Shown here piece after piece: positions 8,386 through 17,934 of a DNA stretch of 64,000 bases. The position numbers and the translations under genes were made by a program. The notes under the pieces are model-generated. The model was not told where the DNA came from. It made no database searches and saw only the letters and a list, made by a program, of their open reading frames with translations. Source of the DNA: an uncultured Erysipelotrichaceae bacterium (GTDB lineage Bacteria > Bacillota_I > Bacilli_A > RFN20 > CAG-826); assembly GCA_902802355.1 (NCBI GenBank), contig CADCLU010000001.1, positions 5,533 through 69,532 on the forward strand, in the 5' to 3' direction. Each line of letters begins with the position of its first letter. Position 1 is the first letter of the stretch.

Positions 8386-10149
8386 TTATTTGACCTCCTT
8401 GATGTAGTTGAGAATCGAGTTCTTCATGTTGGTCGCCTTAGGAGCGAATTCCGGATGCTCTTTGAGGGCAGCGGCGATACGCTTGACGACGATTTCAGGG
8501 GCTCTGATCTCAGGGGCTCTCTCATCGACGTTCCAAGTGGCCACTTTATGGGTCTCGGAGATATCGAAGAAAGGCGGCTGGTAAAGGCTATCGACCTCAA
8601 GGGCGTTCACGTTACGTGGAGTGAAGGCGTCGCCCTTGGCAGGGATAAGCATGTTCGGTGGGGTGCCTGGGATGGCGTTGAGCTTCTCTTTGGTCTCGAG
8701 GTCTGGGACTGAGCCAAGAAGAGCCCAGGTATATGGGTGGCGAGGATCGTAGAAGATGTCTTCGGCTGTGCCTTGCTCAACGATCTTGCCAGCGTACATG
8801 ACAGCGATATCGTCGGCCATGTTGGCGACGACACCAAGGTCATGGGTGATGAAGACGATACTGAGGTTCTTCTCCTCTTTGAGCTTGTTGATGAGCTCAA
8901 GGATCTGAGACTGGATGGTAACGTCGAGAGCGGTCGTTGGCTCATCGCAGATAAGGATTTCTGGGCTGGAGCAAAGGGCGATCGCGATGACGATACGCTG
9001 CCTCATGCCGCCAGAGAGTTCGAATGGATACTGAGCATAACGTTTCTCAGCGTCCTTGATGCCGACTTCCTGGAGCATTTTGACCGCTTTATGTTTAGCG
9101 TCGTTAGCGGTTAAGACACTCTTAGATGCCACTACCGCATTCGCATATCTCTTAAGGATGAGAGAAGAGAGGGCCATCTTTTCCTCTTCGCTCTTGGAAG
9201 TGAGTTTCTCAAGGTGAGCGATGAGGGTTTCGGTCGCGGCTTTGAGCTTTTCGCTATAAGCCTCTGGGGTGGTGATGACTTCACGGAGTTTGGCACGGAC
9301 GTCGGCAGGAAGATCATAGAAGTCCTGGACGTTGTACTTAGCCATATAGGCGTCACGCTGCTCGATAAGCTTCTTAGCGAGTTTGGCGGATTTGCAGAAA
9401 TCTTTGACGATGGTTGGGAAGACGCTTAAGTCATTATCTTTTTCGATCGCGATGCCAAGTTCGCAAGCGGCAAGAGGCTTGTAGATCTTCTTGAAGGCTT
9501 CCTCGCACTTGGCAAGGTCTTCGAATCCCGCTTTCTCAATCTCTTTGAGGGTTGGGAGAAGGATGTTGATGTTATCCTCTTGCTTCTTGATCTCTCTTTC
9601 GAGGGTGTCCGCGAAGAGGGTCTCGAATTCGGACAAATCGATTGAAGTGTCTTTTGGGGTTTCCTCAACATATTTCATGAGACGGTCGGTCTCAGTCTTG
9701 TCGGTGAGGGCGAGAAGGCCATTGATGGTCTTAAGGACCTTATTAGCCTCTTTCTTGTCGGCTTTGTGCTTTAAGACCATGGCCTCAGTGAGCTGTTTGC
9801 CGACGATCATGATTGGGTTTAAGGAGGAGAGAGGGTCTTGGAAGATCATGGAGATCTTGACGCCTCTAAGTTTGGTGAACTCTTCCTCAGAGATCTTAAG
9901 AAGGTCTTTGCCATCATAGATGATCTGACCGTCTTCGACGATCTTGTTGTTGGCGAGGATGCCAAGGATGGCCTTAGAGGTGACGGACTTTCCAGAGCCA
10001 GACTCACCGACGATAGCCATTGTCCTTCCTTTATATAAAGGGAAAGAGATGCCACGGACCGCTTTGACGGTACCGGAATCGGTTCTGAAGGAGACACGGA
10101 GGTCTTTGACTTCGAGGATTTTCTCGTTATTCATAACAGTTTTCTTCAT
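8386..10149 (-). CDS. oppD: oligopeptide ABC transporter ATP-binding protein OppD with a ~220-aa insertion after the Q-loop
   Basis: Walker A GESGSGKSV, IFQDPLSSLNP, LSGGMRQR, ILICDEPTTALD and HPYT. About 260 aa separate the Q-loop from the signature motif. Confidence 0.85.
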   Translation of the reverse strand: MKKTVMNNEKILEVKDLRVSFRTDSGTVKAVRGISFPLYKGRTMAIVGESGSGKSVTSKAILGILANNKIVEDGQIIYDGKDLLKISEEEFTKLRGVKISMIFQDPLSSLNPIMIVGKQLTEAMVLKHKADKKEANKVLKTINGLLALTDKTETDRLMKYVEETPKDTSIDLSEFETLFADTLEREIKKQEDNINILLPTLKEIEKAGFEDLAKCEEAFKKIYKPLAACELGIAIEKDNDLSVFPTIVKDFCKSAKLAKKLIEQRDAYMAKYNVQDFYDLPADVRAKLREVITTPEAYSEKLKAATETLIAHLEKLTSKSEEEKMALSSLILKRYANAVVASKSVLTANDAKHKAVKMLQEVGIKDAEKRYAQYPFELSGGMRQRIVIAIALCSSPEILICDEPTTALDVTIQSQILELINKLKEEKNLSIVFITHDLGVVANMADDIAVMYAGKIVEQGTAEDIFYDPRHPYTWALLGSVPDLETKEKLNAIPGTPPNMLIPAKGDAFTPRNVNALEVDSLYQPPFFDISETHKVATWNVDERAPEIRAPEIVVKRIAAALKEHPEFAPKATNMKNSILNYIKEVK

Positions 10150-10153
10150 AACA

Positions 10154-11848
10154 TTAGTCCTCGCTTCCTCTTAAGGTGGTGTTGAACGCGTCACGTAAGC
10201 CGTTGCCGAATAAGTTGAAGCAAATCATGAGCAAGGAGATGACGACGCATGGGAAGAAGAGCATATGAGGATATGCGTTAAGCGTGGCTCTTGAACCTTC
10301 ATTGAGGAGGGAGCCGATGGAGACGAGTCCGCTCGTGGAGAAGTTGACGACGCCAAGGTAGGAAAGCGTGGACTCTCCGAAGATGACGCCTGGGATCATA
10401 AGAACGCTTGATGTGACAAGGGTGCCTGCCGCATTAGGAAGGATGTGTCTGAAGATGAGACGAGTATCCTTCGCGCCTAAGGTTCTTGAGGCAAGGACGT
10501 ATTCCTGTCCCTTGAAACGATAGAACTGCATACGGGTCGTGCCTGCTACGCCTACCCATCCTGAGTAGACGAACGCCAATAGGAACGCCAGGACGATGAT
10601 GCCTTCTTGGCCTATCGTCGTCTTAAGCCCGGCGTTGTTCGTGAACTGGACCGAGGCAATCGTCAAGATAACGATCGACGGGACGCAGGAGATGATATCG
10701 GTGATACGCTCCATGATGAGGTCGGTGGTTCCGCCATAGTAACCAGACACCGCGCCCCAAATGAGGCCGATGATGAAGTTGATGATGGAAATGCCGACAC
10801 CAAGGAGGAGAGAGAATCTCGTACCGACGGCAAGACGGTAGAAGATGTCTTCGCCTGCGCTGTTGCTTCCGAAGAAGAATCTTGGCTCGAATCCGTTATG
10901 GAAGGTGAAGTAATCGTAATAGTCGACGCGGATGGTCATCTTGCCAAGGTTCTCTTTGGCATAGACGGGCTCATCGCCATTCATCTCATAGATCGGGATG
11001 ACTTTATTGCTTGCATCGTGTCTGATCGCGAAATTGTTCTGGGAGTAGTTCCTTGCGCCAAGCTCATACCAGACTCTTTGATGCTGGTTGTAGTAGGTCT
11101 CAAGGTAGTCAAGGATGGCGATGACACCATTCTCGTTGACCGGGGCCTGACGACCTTCCTCTTCGGCTACTCTAATCTCTTCTCTAAGCTCATCGCCATA
11201 TCTTTGGAGGTAGCTTTCATAGTCGCGAAGAGGCTTCATGATGCTTTTCTCGGTATGATAGATGCCCTGCTCCTTCTCATAGGCGACAAGTCTATCGTAT
11301 TCGTCCATGGAGACGTTGATTTCCTTGCAGCCGATTGAGTAGGAATCGATACGGAGGGTGTAATGCGTTTGGATTTTGCCGGCGATTTCGTCTTGGACGG
11401 TCGCGATTTTCTCGGCAATTGGTGAATGGTTGGAGTCATCGAGCTCATACATCTCAAGGTCGATGTTGCCTTGGCCAGTCTTGACCTCGGTGCCATCCCA
11501 CCAGCCAAGATTGAGCGCTTTGTTGACTGGGTTATATGGGAGAGCGTAGGCGAAGTTAGGATCCTTGAAGCCGTTTGGATATTCGGTTTCGTTGACATAG
11601 GCCATTGGGGAGACGAATGGGACGATGATCGCGTAGAGGATAAGGAGACCGATGACGATGGCGGCGACGATGGAGGCTTTGTTCTTCGCAAAGCGCATGA
11701 AAGCGCCTCTCAAATAGGAGATTGGCTTGGTCTCGAAAGCCTGGTCGTGGAGGTTTTCGTTGTTCTCTTTCTTACGGAAGAGCTCAGATGGGATGGATTT
11801 GACGTCCATAGCGGCATCGGTGTTGAAATTCATGACTTCTTTTTCCAT
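10154..11848 (-). CDS. oppC: oligopeptide ABC permease OppC with a large extracytoplasmic loop after TM1
   Basis: 564 aa. The C-terminal half has the BPD-transporter fold with an EAA-like region (ASRTLGAKDTRLIFRHILPN). It sits between oppD and oppB. Confidence 0.8.
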   Translation of the reverse strand: MEKEVMNFNTDAAMDVKSIPSELFRKKENNENLHDQAFETKPISYLRGAFMRFAKNKASIVAAIVIGLLILYAIIVPFVSPMAYVNETEYPNGFKDPNFAYALPYNPVNKALNLGWWDGTEVKTGQGNIDLEMYELDDSNHSPIAEKIATVQDEIAGKIQTHYTLRIDSYSIGCKEINVSMDEYDRLVAYEKEQGIYHTEKSIMKPLRDYESYLQRYGDELREEIRVAEEEGRQAPVNENGVIAILDYLETYYNQHQRVWYELGARNYSQNNFAIRHDASNKVIPIYEMNGDEPVYAKENLGKMTIRVDYYDYFTFHNGFEPRFFFGSNSAGEDIFYRLAVGTRFSLLLGVGISIINFIIGLIWGAVSGYYGGTTDLIMERITDIISCVPSIVILTIASVQFTNNAGLKTTIGQEGIIVLAFLLAFVYSGWVGVAGTTRMQFYRFKGQEYVLASRTLGAKDTRLIFRHILPNAAGTLVTSSVLMIPGVIFGESTLSYLGVVNFSTSGLVSIGSLLNEGSRATLNAYPHMLFFPCVVISLLMICFNLFGNGLRDAFNTTLRGSED

Positions 11849-13029
11849 TATTTGCCACCTCCCATTCTGATACGTGGGTCAACGATGCCATAAGAGACAT
11901 CGACAACAAGGGTCCCCACGAGACCGATGAAGATATAGAACATTGAGACGAACTGGAAGACGTCGTAGTCCTGAGTCTCGATGGACTTGAGATAGAGGCC
12001 TCCTACGCCGTTGACGTTGAAGATGGACTCAATGATCATGGAACCAGAGAGAACGCCGATGATCTCGCCAAGGATCATTGGGAAGATCGGGACGAGGGAG
12101 TTACGGAAAGCGTGTCTGACAGTAGCCTGTCCCCTGGTAAGGCCTTTGGTTCTGGCAAGGAGCATGAAGTCGCTAGTAAGAACCTCAGTTAATTCCGCAC
12201 GCGTGTAACGGGCGTAGCCAGCGATGGAGCCGAAGCACATCGAGAGGACTGGCAAGATGATCGAGACGAAATATGTCGGAGATGTGTATCCGACGGTCGA
12301 GGATGCCGCCGTCGGAGGAAGTACCTGCCAGACATATCCGAAGAGATACTGCAATACGAAAGCGTATACGTAGCTTGGCACCGAGATGACAAGCATGATG
12401 AGAACGCTAAGGACATGGTCTTCCCAATGGTTTTTGCGAAGGGCCATGAAGGTTCCTAAGCCTAAGCCGACTGGGACGCTCACGATCATGACGTAGATGT
12501 TCATGAGGACGGTTGGGGCAAGACGGCCACCAAGGATGTCAGCTGGCGAGGAGAGCCACTCAATCTTGTAAGAGTAGCCGAAAGGATGATCGGTTCCGCT
12601 GAAAAGGTTCTTGAAGAAATTGATGAACTGGAGGAAGACCGGAATCATCTCATATGAGTATGTTCCATCCCCATTATCTATCCTTCGATAGACGCCTTTG
12701 GCGACCATGCTGAGCTTGAACTTCTCAGGATCGCCCATACCGGTGTCTTCATTGATTGGGAGGAGACGGACGAGGATGAAACAGAGAATGAAAACGATAC
12801 CGAAAGTGAGCACCATCAAAAGGAGACGCTTACCAATGTACTTCAGCGTGTCGATGGTGCTCTTGTTTCTCCAGAAGTTAACGAATCCTCTTCCAAGCCT
12901 TTCTAAAAAGGGACGATCGGATTCTAATACCAACTCATCATCGGAGGAAGCATTAGAAACATCGAGCGGTTTTTTCTCTTCTTCGAGGATTATATCCTCG
13001 GTCTCAATTTCTTTCTTTTTCTGTTTCAT
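11848..13029 (-). CDS. oppB: oligopeptide ABC permease OppB
   Basis: 393 aa. EAA-loop-like LLARTKGLTRGQATVRHAFRNSL. The stop shares one base with the oppC start. Confidence 0.8.
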   Translation of the reverse strand: MKQKKKEIETEDIILEEEKKPLDVSNASSDDELVLESDRPFLERLGRGFVNFWRNKSTIDTLKYIGKRLLLMVLTFGIVFILCFILVRLLPINEDTGMGDPEKFKLSMVAKGVYRRIDNGDGTYSYEMIPVFLQFINFFKNLFSGTDHPFGYSYKIEWLSSPADILGGRLAPTVLMNIYVMIVSVPVGLGLGTFMALRKNHWEDHVLSVLIMLVISVPSYVYAFVLQYLFGYVWQVLPPTAASSTVGYTSPTYFVSIILPVLSMCFGSIAGYARYTRAELTEVLTSDFMLLARTKGLTRGQATVRHAFRNSLVPIFPMILGEIIGVLSGSMIIESIFNVNGVGGLYLKSIETQDYDVFQFVSMFYIFIGLVGTLVVDVSYGIVDPRIRMGGGK

Positions 13030-13059
13030 AAGTGTTGATGTGCTTTAAACGCAATAAGC

Positions 13060-13094
13060 GCAAGGGCGCCTTTTTCGGTGAAAGGCACCCCTGC
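13060..13094 (-). terminator. strong intercistronic stem-loop after oppA (partial terminator or mRNA stabiliser)
   Basis: The minus strand reads gcaggggtgccttt-caccg-aaaaggcgcccttgc, a stem of about 14 bp including G-U pairs. No clean U-run follows. Confidence 0.6.
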
Positions 13095-13122
13095 GTAAAA
13101 GTAGATGTAACTAATTAAGGGA

Positions 13123-15951
13123 TTAGTTTTCCCAGGATTTGTAGATGTCGCCTAAGGAGTTGTTGTACTTGTTGCAGAACTCGGTCCACTGAGCGTCATC
13201 GTACTTGAACTGGAGGAAGCGGATTCCGCCATAGCCGATAAGGTTGATGTAGACCTTGGTGGCGTTCTCGGTCTTGAAACCAAGAAGCGAGGAAGTTCCA
13301 CGGGCAACAAGAGGGATGGCCTCGAAACGGTTGATGATGCCAGCCTCAAGTCCAGCAAGGACGTTGAGCTTGCGGTTATGGCACTCGAGGTATTCCTCGT
13401 AGTCCTCATCGCCTTCAGCGATTTCGTCGCCGTACTTGGCTTCGTTGCAGTCATCGCTGTCGACCATGTAGCTGTACCAGCCATTGAAGGACTTCCACTC
13501 ATCGCCGGACTCTGGGGTTCCGTCGTTGTCGGAATCGACGACGGCGAACTCGCCGTCAGCGTTGGCGTCGATGGCGATGTAAGCCTCGTCCTGTTTGCCA
13601 GTGAAGCCGTATTCGCAGCAATTGGTGAAGTCTTTCTTGCAGTAGACTTCCATTAATCCGTAAGGGTTGATGGCAGCGCCGCCCCAAGTGGAGAAGATCA
13701 TATCGAAGCCACCGTTTCTGGCGGACTTGTAGTAATCCTGGTCCTTGACCATCTCGATGGAGATGGAGAGGGTTTCGCTGGAAGCTAAGGTACCATCGGT
13801 CTTGAGTTTGGCGACAGCCTCACTGAGAAGGCCGGTCCAAGCGGAAGTGATGAAGTTGTTGGCGGCGATGGTGTTCTCACTCTCGTCGTCATAGACACGG
13901 AACTCGATGTGGATGTTGTCGTTTGGTTTGAGGTGTCCTTCAACGGTGGACTGGAGTTCCTCTTTTAAGCCAAGAGCGGCATATTCGACGGCAAGGGCGT
14001 GGTTGTAACCGCACTTCTTCTCGTCGAGAGGGGTGTCCTCTCCGTCAAGGGTGGTTTTGCCGAGCTTGCCATAGACCATGTTGTAGACGCTCTTGCCCTG
14101 TGGGGTGTCTCTATAGGAAGCACCGGTGCTGTTGTTAGCGAGGTAGAGGTCATTGAGAAGGCCGGTGAAGCCTTTGGAACCAGAGGTGGCGTTGGAAGCG
14201 AAGCCTTTTCTATCAAGAGAGAGGGAGAGGGCTTCACGGAAGTTCTTGTTGGTGAGAACGGTCTTGTTCTTGCCAGTTCCATCAAGAGCCTGACGGGAAG
14301 CGAGCTTCTTGGCGTCGGTGTTGAAGGAGATCTTCTGGGTGTAGGACTCGTAGGTCGTGGTGCAGCGTCCACTGTTACCATAGGTACGGTAGTCGGTGAC
14401 GGTGAGGTCGATGTCATCAAGACGTCCGGCTAAGAACTCGGCCATAGCGGTCTCGTGCTTCTGGATGATCTTGGTGTAGATGTTGGTCATCTGGAACTGG
14501 CCATCGTGCTTGCCATCGTGGTAGCCATACCACTTCTCGTTGCGGACGATGTTGATTTCCTCGCCGGCGATGAAGTCCTTGAGCTTATATGGGCCATAGG
14601 ACAGGTAGTTGGCTGCGCTGTTGGAACCATAGGTGGTAGCGACAGATGTGGAGTTAGGAAGCTGGGTGGTGAGCTTCTTATATAAAGGAACGTTGACGAG
14701 CCAGTTGCCAGTGAGGGCGAACTTGAGGTTCAAAGAGGTGATGGCACGGCTGAGATAGAGACGGAACTTGTAGTCATTGATCTGCTTGATGCCGACCTGA
14801 TCGAACTCGATTGGGTCTCCGTCATAGGTGTAGACATAGGTGAAGAGAGGGAGTTTCCAGCACCACTCTTTGCTGGCCTCTGGTCTATTACGGCCAATGG
14901 CTTTGACGACCGCTTTAAGGTCTTTTTGGAGAGCGGCGAAGGTGTAATCCTCGATGTTGCTCTCAATCCAGCCATCGGTGGTGTTCTTGATGGTCTTGAT
15001 GTAGTCCTTCTGACCAAGGTAGTTGGTGAAGCCTTCGTCGAAGGTCTCGACAGGAAGGTCAACATTCTGTTCCTTGATGAGGTTGCTGCTGACGCGGTCT
15101 GGACGGCCAGCCTTCTCGCTAGATGGATCGTTTGGATCGATTGGGCGGAAGACGGTGTCCCAAGAGGTGTCATCAAGATGGTTCTTGTACATCATCAAGT
15201 AGTAGCTGTAGCCGTGGATGATACGCTGAGCCTCAAGCTTGACGTTGTATTCTTCGGCGACCTGATCGAGGACGCTGTAGAAGTTGGTGTCGGTGTCAGC
15301 ATTGCTGTAGATGGTGCCGACGTAGCTGGTGTACTTGCCAAGGTTAAGGAAGTAGAAGCCGGAATCGTATTCGCCGACGGTTCCATCATCTTTTCTATAT
15401 TTGTAGAACTCTTCGACGGTCTGACGGCCCTGCTTGTAATAGTTCTCAGCATTAGCGAGAACGAGGTTGCTGCCGAAGTAACCATCAGCGCGGTAGTTGG
15501 CGTATTTTGGGGAAAGCTGAAGCTCCATCGAATCGATGTAGTCTTTAGCGGTGATTGGGGTGCCATCTTCCCAGCAAGCGTCTGGGTTAAGGGCGATATC
15601 CCAAGCCATACCGGCGGTTGGGTTGCCGTTATAGTAGGTGTCGATCTCATTATCGGTGAGCTGGTCGACAACGTCGACTGGCATCTGGCTCGCCATTTCG
15701 GTGACAAACTTGTAGCCGTTCTTCTCATCGTTGAGGATGCAGTCGTAAAGACCCATCTCGCAGAAACCGCTGACATAGCCTTCGTCACTGGTTTCCCAGT
15801 TGTGGACGTTCCAGGTCTTTGGTGAGGTGGAAAGGTAGGTCTTGTAGGTGTAGACGCCTTTGCCGTCGTTTCCGTCTCCTCCGCTGCAACCAGCGAGAAG
15901 GCCTAAGGTCATAAGAGCGCCAGCACCCATGATAAGTACTTTCTTGTTCAT
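13123..15951 (-). CDS. oppA: oligopeptide-binding lipoprotein (family-5 SBP, very large OppA-like)
   Basis: Start chosen at MNKKVLIMG (SD aaggag 8 nt upstream). Lipobox LLAGCSG. About 940 aa. It lies immediately upstream of oppBCDF. Confidence 0.75.
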   Translation of the reverse strand: MNKKVLIMGAGALMTLGLLAGCSGGDGNDGKGVYTYKTYLSTSPKTWNVHNWETSDEGYVSGFCEMGLYDCILNDEKNGYKFVTEMASQMPVDVVDQLTDNEIDTYYNGNPTAGMAWDIALNPDACWEDGTPITAKDYIDSMELQLSPKYANYRADGYFGSNLVLANAENYYKQGRQTVEEFYKYRKDDGTVGEYDSGFYFLNLGKYTSYVGTIYSNADTDTNFYSVLDQVAEEYNVKLEAQRIIHGYSYYLMMYKNHLDDTSWDTVFRPIDPNDPSSEKAGRPDRVSSNLIKEQNVDLPVETFDEGFTNYLGQKDYIKTIKNTTDGWIESNIEDYTFAALQKDLKAVVKAIGRNRPEASKEWCWKLPLFTYVYTYDGDPIEFDQVGIKQINDYKFRLYLSRAITSLNLKFALTGNWLVNVPLYKKLTTQLPNSTSVATTYGSNSAANYLSYGPYKLKDFIAGEEINIVRNEKWYGYHDGKHDGQFQMTNIYTKIIQKHETAMAEFLAGRLDDIDLTVTDYRTYGNSGRCTTTYESYTQKISFNTDAKKLASRQALDGTGKNKTVLTNKNFREALSLSLDRKGFASNATSGSKGFTGLLNDLYLANNSTGASYRDTPQGKSVYNMVYGKLGKTTLDGEDTPLDEKKCGYNHALAVEYAALGLKEELQSTVEGHLKPNDNIHIEFRVYDDESENTIAANNFITSAWTGLLSEAVAKLKTDGTLASSETLSISIEMVKDQDYYKSARNGGFDMIFSTWGGAAINPYGLMEVYCKKDFTNCCEYGFTGKQDEAYIAIDANADGEFAVVDSDNDGTPESGDEWKSFNGWYSYMVDSDDCNEAKYGDEIAEGDEDYEEYLECHNRKLNVLAGLEAGIINRFEAIPLVARGTSSLLGFKTENATKVYINLIGYGGIRFLQFKYDDAQWTEFCNKYNNSLGDIYKSWEN

Positions 15952-16020
15952 ATTTTTTACTCCTTTATTCGTAGCCAAAGGGGACCCTTTACGAATCCCC
16001 TCTGCTTTGGTTGTGGTTTA

Positions 16021-17934
16021 TTAGGCAAGCATGCCTGGGTTCTCGTTGGCGGCCGCAAGAGTCGAGAAGTCGAAGGTTGTGGTGCCGATATCAGAGATGG
16101 TGAACTTCATCATGAAGTAGTTGTTGTCGATATCGCTGAATGGAGCGTAGATCAAGAGGTAAGCCTCGATTTCGTTCGTAGTGGTATCAACGGTAAGGGC
16201 GTAGTAGTCGCTGGATCTGCTGTAAGCGTGCTTTCCGCCATCACCCCAACCATCAGTGGCTTTGGTCCAAGTTCCGGCCCAATCTTTGAGGACACCATAG
16301 GTGTCTCCGCCGAGGAGTCCGAAGATCTGAGCGGCGAGAAGGTTGGTCTGAGAGGTGCCATCGTTATCACCCATATCACCAGCGAATGTGACTTTGGTGC
16401 CTTCTGTCTTCTTGCCGGTCCAGTTGACCACATTGGCAGCGGCAGCGGTGATGTTGTTGGCAGCCATCGATTTGATCTCATTAATCTGGAAGACGTCGGT
16501 GACACCAGAGATGGCGCTGCGGGCTGGAAGAACCTTGGCAGTCTGATCTTCGTTGTCGGTGAGTCTCGTGCTATAAGCGGCACCGCTGTCATTCCAAACG
16601 GCAGAGATATCAAAGAGTGAGTATTCAGTTTCTGGAGCGTAACCAGTAGCGGTCTGGTTGAGCTTCTTTCCTTTGAATTCGGTGTAGATGCCGGTTGAGG
16701 TGTATTTCTCGGTGATGACGGCATCGCAGGTTCCTAAGAAGTTTGCGCAGGCGTCACCGGACATATCGGCCTCAGCTGGGACGAACTTCTCGGTCTTGTC
16801 TCCATCGCCGACGGACCAAGCTTCCATGGTGAGGGTGAAGTTGCCAGCGGCGTTGACAGCCTGGAAGGCAACTGGAATTTCGTTGGCAGTGATCTTCTCT
16901 GGGATATAAGAGGCGTCGGTGACGGCGGTATTCATCCAATCGAATCCGGATTCGCCGACGGCAGAGAGTTTGATGGTGCAGTAGATTTCATTCTGGGTAT
17001 CGTCGCCGACATAGATATCGAAGATCATGATGTCTGGGTTGCCATTTGGCATACCGACTTCTTCGTATCCTCTATAGGCAGCGCCGTAGAATGGGATGAC
17101 GCGATTATAGTTGTCATAGGCTTCAGAGAGGCCGACGGACCACATGAGTCTCTCAGCGAAGGAAGCGCCCATCATGAGGACGTCTTCGCCGGCGATGCTC
17201 ATATAGGTTGAGTCAGCGGCATTAAGCTCGAGGTCCATGACGATGTAGTAGTAGTCGTAGTATTGCTGGATACCTGGCTCGAAGACGGCTTTTGGATTGT
17301 TGTTGGCGTCTTTCTCGATGTGTCCGAAGTAACCATTGCCATCAGAGAGTTTGGCAAGGATGACGGAGGCTGGATCGCCATCTTCGTCAACGGCGAAGAG
17401 ATCAACACCGTTATAGACGACTGAGTAGTTGGCGTTGTGAACGACGCGTCTGTAGAGTTTTTCGTTACCCTGGTTGTCTTCGCCAAGAAGGTCAACGGTG
17501 AAGTTACGGGCGTCGTTATCAAGTGGCTCAAGGAAGGTCATGATCTTGGTCTGATCGTTGCTGAGAACGGTGAGCTCAAGCTTGGTGGTAAGACCGCCGG
17601 CAGTGATGGTGACATAGAAGACACCGACTTCGGTGGAGCTGACTCTGTGACCGTTGATGGTAACGTTCTTGGAGGTAGTCTTGACCTCGTAGTTGCTGTC
17701 CATGGAGCCATCGGCGTACTCAACACCGATATAGGCGTCGAGGTTGCAAGCGATACCTTCCTGGAGGTAAGGGATGTCTTTGATACGTTTGATCTTGGTA
17801 GGAGCTTTGACTTCAGAGCTGGTGGAAGTCGACTCTCCTTCGTTGGACTTACCTTCTGGCGGTTCGACACAGGAACCTAACATAACGAGTGTTGCTGTGG
17901 ACAGAAGCATAAGCTTAGTGGCTAATTTTTTCAT
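16021..17934 (-). CDS. lipoprotein of unknown function, first gene of the opp string
   Basis: Start at MKKLATKL (SD aggag). Lipobox VMLGSC. One Ig-like (Big_2-like) stretch (NVTINGHRVSSTEVGVFYVTITAGG). I recognise no catalytic motif. Confidence 0.7.
   Translation of the reverse strand: MKKLATKLMLLSTATLVMLGSCVEPPEGKSNEGESTSTSSEVKAPTKIKRIKDIPYLQEGIACNLDAYIGVEYADGSMDSNYEVKTTSKNVTINGHRVSSTEVGVFYVTITAGGLTTKLELTVLSNDQTKIMTFLEPLDNDARNFTVDLLGEDNQGNEKLYRRVVHNANYSVVYNGVDLFAVDEDGDPASVILAKLSDGNGYFGHIEKDANNNPKAVFEPGIQQYYDYYYIVMDLELNAADSTYMSIAGEDVLMMGASFAERLMWSVGLSEAYDNYNRVIPFYGAAYRGYEEVGMPNGNPDIMIFDIYVGDDTQNEIYCTIKLSAVGESGFDWMNTAVTDASYIPEKITANEIPVAFQAVNAAGNFTLTMEAWSVGDGDKTEKFVPAEADMSGDACANFLGTCDAVITEKYTSTGIYTEFKGKKLNQTATGYAPETEYSLFDISAVWNDSGAAYSTRLTDNEDQTAKVLPARSAISGVTDVFQINEIKSMAANNITAAAANVVNWTGKKTEGTKVTFAGDMGDNDGTSQTNLLAAQIFGLLGGDTYGVLKDWAGTWTKATDGWGDGGKHAYSRSSDYYALTVDTTTNEIEAYLLIYAPFSDIDNNYFMMKFTISDIGTTTFDFSTLAAANENPGMLA

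Noticed and set aside
10607-11338. A 243-aa plus-strand ORF. Similar ORFs lie at 45728-46411 (227 aa), 30788-31510 (240 aa), 53356-53922 (188 aa) and 55120-55605 (161 aa).
   Set aside because: All are antisense to well-supported genes (oppC, rny, the IMPase-family gene, dnaD, der). I interpret them as shadow ORFs.
13999-15825. Plus-strand ORFs of 144 and 299 aa, and several minus-strand off-frame ORFs, inside oppA.
   Set aside because: They are antisense to, or out of frame with, a clearly coding SBP gene. They have low-complexity composition (V/G/D or S/T/P-rich) and no translation signals.
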